A DNA stretch of 64,000 bases from an uncultured Pseudomonadales bacterium. GTDB lineage: Bacteria; Patescibacteriota; Microgenomatia; UBA1400; RBG-16-45-19. Each line of letters starts with the position of its first letter. The stretch's first letter is position 1. The position numbers and the translations under genes are program-made. Positions 55,338 through 63,945 of this stretch are shown piece after piece. The notes beneath the pieces were generated by a model that was not told where the DNA came from, did not search any database, and saw only the letters and a program-made list of their open reading frames with translations. Location: positions 4,434 to 68,433 of the forward strand of contig CAYYKL010000005.1 in the NCBI GenBank assembly GCA_964441155.1, read 5' to 3'.

Positions 55338-57098
55338 TTGAAAATGTCAAAGGCACTTGTTCGTTTAATAGTTTTGTCTTCTGTCCTGGTTTTGATTGTA
55401 GGATTGGCTTCGAAAATAATAATAAAAGATCAAGTGATAGCGCTATCCCCTCCTGAACTTATTCCTACACCAACACCCATTCCTACTCCATATTCAGACC
55501 CAGGGCCATGTTTTGAAAGCCAAGAAGTGCTTCATGTGTATCCCCCAACCAATGCTTCAGGCTGCACGAGCTTGGGAGTTGCGCTACTACGAGCGGCAAT
55601 TTCACTAGACGGACCTAAGGAAGTATATGTGCACGCGGGAGCGTATGATCTTAATACGCAAGATTTTGCCCACACAAGATCACCGTCTTTCGCCCTAGAC
55701 CTCCAAAACGTTGATGATCTCACACTCAAAGGCGAGACAGGATCAAATGGCGAAAACTTAGTCACCATCAATGTCAGCGGAAACAGAGGATTATTTTTAC
55801 TGGAAAACAGCTCGTTAACACTTGAGTCGCTTAATTTCTCTGGCAGCACTATAAACGGACTTTTGCATGCAGAGTCAGGGTCTAACCTTGCTGTGACTAA
55901 TGTTCACAGCACCTATACAGGTTCGAATGTATTTGAAGCACATGGTGCAAATTCCGTCACAATCTACAAAAGTGTTATTTCTGGAGGTGTAGGAGCTCTT
56001 CAATTCCAGGATGTTGGCAATACGAGCATTATTTACAACACAATAATAAACAACTCTCGAGGAATCATCATTTCCAATGGTCCAGCTCAAATCAAATATA
56101 ATTTGCTTGTAAACAATTCGGATGGGGAATCAATTCACCTTACTAACTCAAGATCAAGCTTTATAAGCAACAACACAATTGTGCAAAGTCGAAACTTTCA
56201 CAACGAATACCCCTTGAAAATATCACAACCGTTTCTCGATGAACCGACGACCGTCCAATACAATATTCTCTCTAGTGTTGATGGTGGATTAGAAGTCGAA
56301 TCTGCTTATGAAAGTGCGGTGAATATTCAAAGGAATAATATTTACACAAGCGAATCTGCTTATAAAGGAATTTCCAATCGGACGGGCATGCTTGGTAATA
56401 TATCAAGCGATCCATTTTTAAGCCCAGAATATTGCCTACTTCCTAACTCCCCTTCGTTGTTGCCAGATGGGCTATTCATGGGTCACACAGGTCTTTGTGA
56501 ATCACTTGAGCCAACTCATGACCCAAATGATTTATTCTACAGAATTGATATTAACCCTGGACAATTGACCACTTCTATAGGCACAGAGCGAATTCTATTT
56601 TCAGCGCAGGCTGTACCTTTTAATCACGTCGACGAATCAATTGCCACGTATGAATGGGGCATGAGCTCTGACAATTCAATTGGAACCTTGTTTAGTGATC
56701 CATCAAACCAGAAACAGGCGTGGTTCACGCCGGTTCGAGCCGGCAGAGGCGATATCTGGGTGACCGTGCGCATTGGCGACTATCACAAAACTGCCTCAGT
56801 GCCGGTTGTGGTCAATAAATTGTGTCAAGAAAAAGATAGTTGCACCACCGACGCCTGTATTGCTATCGTTCCTCCTGGAGGCTGGTGTGCCTCAGAGGAT
56901 TTGCCGGGAGATGTCGATTTTAATAATACTGTAGATTATCAAGACATCGTCCAGTTCAAGCGTTATTTTGACCAGAAATTCTATCCGGCTGATTTTAATT
57001 TCGATGGTAAAGTGAATATCTACGATTTTCTGTATATCATCAAGAATTTCGGATTGAGCATGGAAGTGTTGGACGAACCGTTGCCTGATACACCATAA
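55338..57098 (+). CDS. secreted parallel beta-helix repeat protein with C-terminal tandem dockerin-like repeats
   Basis: Signal anchor, repeated N..I..N.. beta-helix turns, and C-terminal DVDFNNTVDYQDIVQFKRYF and DFNFDGKVNIYDFLYIIKNF. Confidence 0.6.
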   Translation: MKMSKALVRLIVLSSVLVLIVGLASKIIIKDQVIALSPPELIPTPTPIPTPYSDPGPCFESQEVLHVYPPTNASGCTSLGVALLRAAISLDGPKEVYVHAGAYDLNTQDFAHTRSPSFALDLQNVDDLTLKGETGSNGENLVTINVSGNRGLFLLENSSLTLESLNFSGSTINGLLHAESGSNLAVTNVHSTYTGSNVFEAHGANSVTIYKSVISGGVGALQFQDVGNTSIIYNTIINNSRGIIISNGPAQIKYNLLVNNSDGESIHLTNSRSSFISNNTIVQSRNFHNEYPLKISQPFLDEPTTVQYNILSSVDGGLEVESAYESAVNIQRNNIYTSESAYKGISNRTGMLGNISSDPFLSPEYCLLPNSPSLLPDGLFMGHTGLCESLEPTHDPNDLFYRIDINPGQLTTSIGTERILFSAQAVPFNHVDESIATYEWGMSSDNSIGTLFSDPSNQKQAWFTPVRAGRGDIWVTVRIGDYHKTASVPVVVNKLCQEKDSCTTDACIAIVPPGGWCASEDLPGDVDFNNTVDYQDIVQFKRYFDQKFYPADFNFDGKVNIYDFLYIIKNFGLSMEVLDEPLPDTP

Positions 57099-57168
57099 AT
57101 TCAAGCGTGCGAAATGGTTACTTCTCTTCTTGACAGTCAACTAGGTCACATACTACGCTAAGGACACT

Positions 57169-57510
57169 ATGCAAAACGATTCACATCCCGTTTCAATTTC
57201 CAAAGAATTCCAAAAGTTTTGGGCACGGCTCGACAACTTTCAGCAGCTTAATATTCTTTCGCTCTCTTTGATTCTTTTGGCAACCATTCTCGGTGTTTCA
57301 GTCATGACTCAGCGCCAAATTGAAGTGCTTTATGTAAAAGCAAGTCAAGCTACTCCCGTATTGGGTATTAGCGATGAGATGCAAGACTTGCCTGTTGAGA
57401 GTCTTGCCTGCAATCTCAATTGTCCCGCACCATCAAAACTTGACGAACAAAATTGCAGCTGCACCTTTCCCCGCATCCCACGCAATCCCTTGATCAACAT
57501 CACCGAATAA
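57169..57510 (+). CDS. hypothetical small membrane-anchored protein (113 aa)
   Basis: Single TM (ILSLSLILLATILGVSVM) and a Cys-containing C-terminus. Confidence 0.35.
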   Translation: MQNDSHPVSISKEFQKFWARLDNFQQLNILSLSLILLATILGVSVMTQRQIEVLYVKASQATPVLGISDEMQDLPVESLACNLNCPAPSKLDEQNCSCTFPRIPRNPLINITE

Positions 57511-57610
57511 ACTTTTAGTTACACATCTTCCACCACACAAAAAAGTGTGCTATAACAATCTCTAATCGTGCTGCCCGCAATTACGTTTAGTTTATGTTGC
57601 AAGGAGCACA

Positions 57611-58105
57611 ATGAAAAAAATTTCCCCTCTAGTTATTACGCTCGCCTTAACAGGAGTTCTCTCTACTCGCGCTCAAGCGCTTAATCTGGACGATTTCGAT
57701 AATTTTGATTGGCTCAAAGAAGATATCAAAGTCGAGTTGCCTTCGTCACTTCTTGAAGAAGGACAGCCATGTCTCACCAACTGCGCGCCCAAACCCACCA
57801 AAATCCCTACTCAAGTCGCAGATCCCGCACCAACGCCGACAGCAAAACCCACACCCACTCCAACACCCGTGAAGCTTGATGTAAGAACTAGAGAGCGCCA
57901 CTCCACTCGCGAATGGTTTAACCGAGAAACCTCCTACGAGTACAACGAAGATGTTGAGGGCGAGGGCGAAAACGGAACCACGTTGCCCGTTCCTACTCCA
58001 ACCCAGAATCAAGACAGTCACGCCAACACATCATCGGACTCACTCTTCGATTCACTGCTCGAAAAAATTGGCGGTATAGGCTCGCTCCTATCTAGCTGGC
58101 TCTAA
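57611..58105 (+). CDS. secreted protein with Pro/Thr-rich linker
   Basis: Signal peptide MKKISPLVITLALTGVLSTRAQA, then PTPTAKPTPTPTPVK. Confidence 0.45.
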   Translation: MKKISPLVITLALTGVLSTRAQALNLDDFDNFDWLKEDIKVELPSSLLEEGQPCLTNCAPKPTKIPTQVADPAPTPTAKPTPTPTPVKLDVRTRERHSTREWFNRETSYEYNEDVEGEGENGTTLPVPTPTQNQDSHANTSSDSLFDSLLEKIGGIGSLLSSWL

Positions 58106-58153
58106 CCAAACAGCAAGAAGTCACCAAGCGAAAATCATCCACATCTTGGGTAG

Positions 58154-58182
58154 TTCACACTTGGGCTTTCCTCTGCTACAAT
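58154..58182 (+). promoter_or_regulatory. putative sigma70-type promoter TTCACA-17-TACAAT for rplK
   Basis: Canonical spacing, about 38 nt upstream of the rplK start codon. Confidence 0.4.
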
Positions 58183-58219
58183 AGCCTCTTGTTATCGGCA
58201 ACCTCTTTAAGAAAGAAAT

Positions 58220-58648
58220 ATGGCTAAAGTTAAAAAAATCAAAACCATTCTAAAACTCAATTTATCCGCTGGAGCGGCTAATCCCGCACCTCCGGTAGGT
58301 ACCGCTCTCGGTCCCCATGGTGTTAACATCATGGAATTTTGCAATGCGTACAACGAAAAAACCAAAGACAAGCGCGGCCAAATTTTGCCAGCCGAGGTCA
58401 CTATTTATGAAGACCGAACCTTTACGTTCGTCGTCAAATTACCCCCTGTCTCAGAACTTATTAAAATTGCGCTCAAGATTAAAAAGGGTGGCGCTACCCC
58501 TGGAAAAGCCGAAGCAGCCACTATGACTAAAGCGCAACTCGAAGCTGTGGCCACCGAAAAAATGCCCGATCTTAATACCACCAATCTCGAAGCGGCTATG
58601 CGCTCTGTCGAGGGCACTGCCAAAAGCATGGGCATCAAGATCGTTTAA
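58220..58648 (+). CDS. rplK: 50S ribosomal protein L11
   Basis: APPVGTALGPHGVNIMEFCNAYN. Confidence 0.9.
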   Translation: MAKVKKIKTILKLNLSAGAANPAPPVGTALGPHGVNIMEFCNAYNEKTKDKRGQILPAEVTIYEDRTFTFVVKLPPVSELIKIALKIKKGGATPGKAEAATMTKAQLEAVATEKMPDLNTTNLEAAMRSVEGTAKSMGIKIV

Positions 58649-58886
58649 CATCATTGAAAAGAATTCGTTTGTACCGGAGCTTAGTTACTTTAAAAACTAT
58701 TCATTCGGGAGAGTTAACAATCTTCTTATCAATTACTCGGCAGTAAGTAGTTGGTTTTGAATATATACTCTCCCACCATCAAAAAAATCGCAAATTGCTC
58801 TAATAGCACTAATGACTAATTTACCTAAATAATTTAGACATTAGACCAATTAGGATAATTACAAATTTCTCCTGAAAGGAGACCGT

Positions 58887-59594
58887 ATGGGTTCATCTAA
58901 AATAAAAACAGTCGATATGTCAATCGAACCAGGCAGTGAAGGTCATGGTGAGCAAGCTGAAAAAGCAACCAAAAAGGAAAAAGTGGCTCAAGGCCGATCT
59001 AATACTTACAAAACCGTTAAAGGCTTAGTTGATCGCACCAAAACGCTTAAACTCCCTAAAGCCATCGAGTTATTGAAAAAAACCTCCTATACCAAGTTCG
59101 TGGGTACGGTCAGTGTTGATGCGCTAGTTCGTGACGAAAAACTCAATGTCGAAACAACGTTCCCCCACGCAACCGGCAAAACAACCCGCGTGGCTGTCGT
59201 CACTGAAGAGCTATTGGAATCGATCCTTAAGGGAACTATCGATTTTGATGTGTTAATTGCCACCCCTGCCATGATGCCTAAAGTTGCTCGTGCTGCAAAG
59301 GTGCTCGGGCCCAAAGGCCTCATGCCTAACCCCAAGAACAGAACGGTCACCGACGACGTGGAGAAGCGCAAAAAAGAACTCGAAGCGGGATCGGTCACAA
59401 TCAAGTCCGAGCGCAAAGCACCTCTCATCCATGTAACCATCGGTAAGATAAACCAGAGCGAAAAAGAATTGATTGCTAATATTGAACACCTAATCAAAGT
59501 GGTTGGACCCCGACAAATCAAAAAAATGACTATCTCGGCAACCATGAGCCCTGGGGTTAAAGTTGATTTGAGTGAGTATCAAGTAATAGTCTAA
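58887..59594 (+). CDS. rplA: 50S ribosomal protein L1
   Basis: GPKGLMPNPKNRTVT and overall L1 layout; AGGAGA RBS. Confidence 0.9.
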   Translation: MGSSKIKTVDMSIEPGSEGHGEQAEKATKKEKVAQGRSNTYKTVKGLVDRTKTLKLPKAIELLKKTSYTKFVGTVSVDALVRDEKLNVETTFPHATGKTTRVAVVTEELLESILKGTIDFDVLIATPAMMPKVARAAKVLGPKGLMPNPKNRTVTDDVEKRKKELEAGSVTIKSERKAPLIHVTIGKINQSEKELIANIEHLIKVVGPRQIKKMTISATMSPGVKVDLSEYQVIV

Positions 59595-59643
59595 TTTTTT
59601 AAGCCATTGTTGCATCGATACCCTTAAAGATAGAATAGACTCT

Positions 59644-60378
59644 ATGTCTGATACTATTTTTGGATCACTTGAATTTGTGTATCCCTATAAAGAAATCGAG
59701 TTTCCAGGGCAACATTCCGACGAAATCATTTTGTTTGCCACCCGTGAGGGCAAAATCATGCTCACCCTGCGTCAAATTGCCGTGGTGCTTGGCGCTGTCA
59801 TTTTAACCCTCATGAGCTATTTCATCGCGCATGAAGTCATTGCCCCATTTTCAAAATCCTTTGCTGCCAGCTTCGCCGCTGTTGCTATGGGCGTGAGTGT
59901 TGCCTTTGGCCTCATTGCCGTTTGGTGGGTGAGTATTTTATGGCGCAAATCAATTTTTATCATTACCACTCGCCGCCTCACCAAATTTATCCACACTACT
60001 CCCTGGAATCGCTACCAACTCTCTCTGTCCCTCGATAAAATCGTTGATACAGGAGCATATCAGAAGGGTTTTTTGCAATCATTGTTCAAGCTTGGCTACT
60101 TTGTCGCCCGTTCAAGTGCGGGCAACATCAAGAATTTTAAGATCTTAAATATTTCTTTTGCCGAGGATTTACATAACTACGTCAATAAATTGTTATTCAC
60201 CTTCAACAAAGATAAAGACGCACTGGTCAAATTCAGGCCGTTTATCCCCCATTTGAAAGGCGAAACCCGCGATGCATTCGTAGCCCAATTTACGCCCGAA
60301 TATGCCAAATATAAGCTGATTCCGGAAAAGGCTGCTTCAGTGACTGCGGTCGATTCGCACATCGATAGCAGTGAATAA
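59644..60378 (+). CDS. hypothetical membrane protein (two TM helices, possible bacterial PH-like domain) inserted between rplA and rplJ
   Basis: 244 aa with hydrophobic segments VVLGAVILTLMSYFIA and MGVSVAFGLIAVWWVSILW. Confidence 0.45.
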   Translation: MSDTIFGSLEFVYPYKEIEFPGQHSDEIILFATREGKIMLTLRQIAVVLGAVILTLMSYFIAHEVIAPFSKSFAASFAAVAMGVSVAFGLIAVWWVSILWRKSIFIITTRRLTKFIHTTPWNRYQLSLSLDKIVDTGAYQKGFLQSLFKLGYFVARSSAGNIKNFKILNISFAEDLHNYVNKLLFTFNKDKDALVKFRPFIPHLKGETRDAFVAQFTPEYAKYKLIPEKAASVTAVDSHIDSSE

Positions 60379-60450
60379 AGGTTGTTGCAAAACAGCTAAC
60401 CAAATCTTTCCTTTTTATAAAGACTTGCGTTTAGGCGCTCACTTCAAGGC

Positions 60451-60650
60451 AAAAAAATGGAGGTGAGGCACCACTAGTGGATGCGTCTCACCTCCCTAAA
60501 AAACTTCGATGTGACGTTGTGCACACGCCACTCCTCTAGTCCTTGATCCAGTCGGTCGGTCTGCTACAGCGCTGGGCCGTTTGTATAAGCTTTCACGCGT
60601 CCCGGGCACCACACCCGCTAGAGAACTAGAACCGCGACTTGTGATCGCAG
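60451..60650 (-). ncRNA. candidate small RNA of about 200 nt (function unknown) with its own promoter and intrinsic terminator
   Basis: Minus-strand TTGACA (60681-60686) with a 17-nt spacer to CATTAT (60658-60663), then no ORF, then a 9-bp GGAGGTGAG/CTCACCTCC hairpin (60459-60494) followed by U7 on the minus strand. Confidence 0.35.
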
Positions 60651-60743
60651 CACATTAATAATGAACGATAAAAAATTATCTGTCAATTGAGTTTTGTACC
60701 GAAATTCCCTTTGAAAATGGTTAGCATAAAAACGAGCTCCCAT

Positions 60744-60771
60744 TGCAAATAATCAGGCTTCTTGGTATAGT
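60744..60771 (+). promoter_or_regulatory. putative sigma70-type promoter TTGCAA-16-TATAGT for rplJ-rplL
   Basis: Near-consensus hexamers about 190 nt upstream of the rplJ ATG. Confidence 0.5.
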
Positions 60772-60872
60772 ACCCTTTGTTCCACAGACAGCAAGCACGC
60801 TAAGTAAGTCTTGCCGAGGATACTACATATTCCGCTTAAGCTTTAAAAGCTCGAGTAGTAAAGTTAGTAATC

Positions 60873-60895
60873 CTCGCCAAGTGCGAGGTTTTTTA
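60873..60895 (+). promoter_or_regulatory. hairpin CCTCGC-caagt-GCGAGG plus T6 in the rplJ leader (attenuator-like, L10-leader type regulation)
   Basis: Terminator-like structure inside the 5' UTR. An upstream alternative pairing CCGAGGAT ... ATCCTCG (about 60812-60878) overlaps the stem. Confidence 0.4.
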
Positions 60896-60964
60896 ATAAG
60901 TAGGCTATTGCCGCTTACATCAACATATATATTATCAACAGGTCTCTACTAGAAGGAAATCACT

Positions 60965-61510
60965 ATGCCAAACCTTAAAAATCAAACTCAAATTGCCGAC
61001 ATCAGCGAGAAACTCGCTAAAGCCAAAAATGCTGTCTTTACCAGTTATGCGGGCCTGAGTGTCGCCGATCAAGTGACTTTGCGCGCCAAAATTAAACTCG
61101 CCGGTGGCGAGCTGAATGTGGTCAAAAACACACTCGTGCGCCGAGCTCTGTCTGATCGATTGGAAACCGCCGAACAAGCAACGCTGGAACAAGCGCTTCA
61201 GGGCCCCACTGCCGTTGTCTATGGCTATGAAGACGTAGTAACTCCCACCAAAGCCTTGGTCGAATTCGCCAAAGAACACGAAGTCATGTCGATGAAATTG
61301 GGTGTTATGTTTAATGAATCAGGCAAAGCCGACTCAGTGCTCACCGCTGATCAAGTAGTTGCCCTCTCCAAATTGCCTGGCAAACAAGAGCTATTGGCGC
61401 AACTCGTTGGCCAATTGAATGCCCCCATCACTGGCTTTGTGAATGTATTGCAAGGCAATATTCGCAAGCTCGTGTATGTCTTGAAAGCAATTGAAGATAA
61501 AAAGAATTAA
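60965..61510 (+). CDS. rplJ: 50S ribosomal protein L10
   Basis: 181 aa. IADISEKLAKAKNAVFTSYAGLSVADQVTLRAKIKLAGGELNVVKNTLVRRAL is the family-typical N-terminal layout. Confidence 0.9.
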   Translation: MPNLKNQTQIADISEKLAKAKNAVFTSYAGLSVADQVTLRAKIKLAGGELNVVKNTLVRRALSDRLETAEQATLEQALQGPTAVVYGYEDVVTPTKALVEFAKEHEVMSMKLGVMFNESGKADSVLTADQVVALSKLPGKQELLAQLVGQLNAPITGFVNVLQGNIRKLVYVLKAIEDKKN

Positions 61511-61564
61511 ATAGTTTTTTTAGATGCTATGTGCAATTAGTAATTAAATAGTTAAGGGGATTTT

Positions 61565-61981
61565 ATGGCTGAAGATACAGCAACAAAAGGCACCGCAGCC
61601 TCCAAAGCGGTTCAATCAATTATTGATGCAGTTGAAAAACTGTCCGTGCTCGAATTGGCAGAATTGGTCAAAGCACTCGAAGAGAAATTCGGTGTTTCGG
61701 CTGCTGCTCCCATGATGATGGGTGCCGCTATGCCTGGTGCAGCTGCTGCTGAACCTGTTGAAGAAAAGACCGAATTCGATGTCGTCTTAACTTCTGCTGG
61801 CAGTAACAAAATTGCCGTCATCAAAGCAGTGCGCGAACTCAATCAATCATTAGGCTTAATTGAAGCCAAAAAAGTGGTTGAGTCTACTCCTCAAACGTTG
61901 ATGGAAGCTGCTAAAAAAGAAGATGCCGAAGCCGCCAAAAAGAAACTCGAAGAAGCTGGAGCGCAAGTCGAGCTCAAGTAA
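61565..61981 (+). CDS. rplL: 50S ribosomal protein L7/L12
   Basis: N-terminal dimerisation helix, Ala/Pro-rich hinge, and C-terminal [26 protein letters not shown]...EAGAQVELK. Confidence 0.9.
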   Translation: MAEDTATKGTAASKAVQSIIDAVEKLSVLELAELVKALEEKFGVSAAAPMMMGAAMPGAAAAEPVEEKTEFDVVLTSAGSNKIAVIKAVRELNQSLGLIEAKKVVESTPQTLMEAAKKEDAEAAKKKLEEAGAQVELK

Positions 61982-62080
61982 TTGAGCGAGATCCTCAACG
62001 CACTCATCTAATAATCCGTTGAGGATAAGAGCTTAAATAATTGAGCGAGAGCTCAAAAAATTGAATTTGAATCTAATAAA

Positions 62081-62115
62081 CCCCGTTTGGAAAGCAATTT
62101 CCAGGCGGGGTTTTT
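62081..62115 (+). terminator. intrinsic terminator after rplL (CCCCG-TTTGGAAA-gcaa-TTTCCAGG-CGGGG plus T5)
   Basis: Composite GC-closed hairpin followed by TTTTT. An additional 10-bp perfect hairpin lies at 61991-62026. Confidence 0.65.
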
Positions 62116-62117
62116 GA

Positions 62118-63188
62118 TTACCGTATCTGCAACACACCTGCCCGATCCATGCGCACAATTGGAGTCATGAAATCGCGTTCATGCGCGCGCCACAAAGCTT
62201 GCGAAAAGAGAGCGAGCTGATTCACTTCGACCGAATCACTGCCACAATCAACACAAAACCCTCGAGCAACAAAACCCTCAGGTGCTCTGCAATCTGCTGG
62301 TGAATACCGCTCACGAAGTGTGTCGAGGTGAGAAAATAGCGACTGCGTGAGGTATGACCGCAAGAATGCAGCATGCAGCCCTCTTGGCACAAAAGGCCGA
62401 AGGTTGTCATCTGACAAGTGCTTGCGCACTATTACTTTCATGATATCCTCATTGCCATACACCCCATTACCACTTGGACGCTCCAAACGCATCGCCACAC
62501 TCACATCAGCAATGGTAAACAGGAGGTGCGCGGCCCAATCTAGTGGGCCAAATGAGCGCACAGGCGCTTGAGTGAGCTCATGAGCAAAGGGAGTGAAATC
62601 GCTGTGGTGCAGTGCCGTTTGCAGTGACCAATAGTGGATCGATTGCCGCGAAACTTCAGGTGTTACTTGAACCAATGCTTGCAATGCCAGCGCTCCAAAT
62701 GCAGGATGAGCCCAGTGCAGGCCATTCTCTTCAGGTGGCCGATCGCGATAATTTGCAGGATACACCAATGCTCGCGACGCTTCAAAATCTCGACCCACCA
62801 GTGTTTTGCCATTGTCGTGCACAAAAGCAAAAGCCAATCGATCATTGAGAGCTGGCCACATTTGGTTCTGCTGCTTGGTGGGAAACAAGCGCACCCAATC
62901 TCGCCCCACCTTGAGGCTTAAATCCCCCACCAGTGCCATGTGCAAAAAGTTGGCCGGATCCGCCTTAGCCTGCCCCACCAAAAACGAATCTAGTTCTGGG
63001 AATGTTCCCAAAAACGGTGCAAACGAATCAGGCAACACCACAAACCCATCCTCGGCTTCGGGAACGACTACGTATTTTTTATCTGGATATAGCAGCGCAT
63101 GTGCTGCATTTGTGATTTCTGTCACAGGGCATTGTACACTGCTTTGTAAAAATTTTCCCAGGCTTTTTCGGCCAATGCAATGCATCAT
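62118..63188 (-). CDS. hypothetical protein (about 355 aa), locally elevated GC
   Basis: Long ORF with no recognised motif. GC is visibly higher (roughly 50%) than flanking genes. The start is taken at MMHCIGRK. Confidence 0.45.
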   Translation of the reverse strand: MMHCIGRKSLGKFLQSSVQCPVTEITNAAHALLYPDKKYVVVPEAEDGFVVLPDSFAPFLGTFPELDSFLVGQAKADPANFLHMALVGDLSLKVGRDWVRLFPTKQQNQMWPALNDRLAFAFVHDNGKTLVGRDFEASRALVYPANYRDRPPEENGLHWAHPAFGALALQALVQVTPEVSRQSIHYWSLQTALHHSDFTPFAHELTQAPVRSFGPLDWAAHLLFTIADVSVAMRLERPSGNGVYGNEDIMKVIVRKHLSDDNLRPFVPRGLHAAFLRSYLTQSLFSHLDTLRERYSPADCRAPEGFVARGFCVDCGSDSVEVNQLALFSQALWRAHERDFMTPIVRMDRAGVLQIR

Positions 63189-63312
63189 GAACCATCCGAT
63201 TCTTACGCTTCTTTTACCATAATGGCGTTGCACGAAAACTGGGTGGCGGGTAGATTGAGACCCGTGAGGAACCCAACATCATTTGAGATCCACACAAAAA
63301 GGAGGTGATTAC

Positions 63313-63945
63313 ATGAAACAATTTATTTCCAAATTAGCAGTTGCTTCAAGCATGTTCGCACTCACCGCGATGCCCGCATTCGCTGCCGCCTATTCCCTTG
63401 AACCCTGGACCTATGACCCAGATTCAACGGGCACGGTTGTGGCCGAATTGTCAGCAAGTGGTGAATTAACGCTTGAAAAAAACGCGCCCACTCCAACCAA
63501 TTCTGCAGCAGGAGCTGAGATTGCAGGAGTAGAAGGTCTTTCCACCACTGGAATGACGCTTTCCTACGACGTTGAGGGATATTGTGACGCGGGTGCACCT
63601 AGGTTTAATGTCTACCTCGAAGGAGGCACGACCGTATTCTTAGGGTGTGCTCATGGCAACGATGGATCAGGACACGTGACATTTGAAGCCGGCCAAACAT
63701 ACGGCGGTGTTCTGTTCCCTGAAAACGAAACCATCCTTGGCATCGATATTGTGATGGACGAAGAGGGTCAATCAACCTTGAGTAATATCCAGGTTGATGG
63801 CCAAGACGTAGTCGTCATTGCTCTTCCATCAGATAAAGAAGCCTGTAAACAAGGTGGTTGGATGAATTACACCGATTCCTCGGGTAATCCGTTCAAAAAC
63901 CAAGGTCAATGTGTCAGCTACATGGCCAAAATGCAGCACGATTAA
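63313..63945 (+). CDS. hypothetical secreted protein
   Basis: AAAGGAGG RBS, then MKQFISKLAVASSMFALTAMPAFAAA signal peptide. Gly/Thr-rich beta-type sequence follows. Confidence 0.5.
   Translation: MKQFISKLAVASSMFALTAMPAFAAAYSLEPWTYDPDSTGTVVAELSASGELTLEKNAPTPTNSAAGAEIAGVEGLSTTGMTLSYDVEGYCDAGAPRFNVYLEGGTTVFLGCAHGNDGSGHVTFEAGQTYGGVLFPENETILGIDIVMDEEGQSTLSNIQVDGQDVVVIALPSDKEACKQGGWMNYTDSSGNPFKNQGQCVSYMAKMQHD

Noticed and set aside
60451-60494. GGAGGTGAG...CTCACCTCC hairpin as a plus-strand terminator for the 59644-60378 gene
   Set aside because: It is flanked by A-runs on the plus strand (T-runs only on the minus strand), so it is oriented as a minus-strand terminator.
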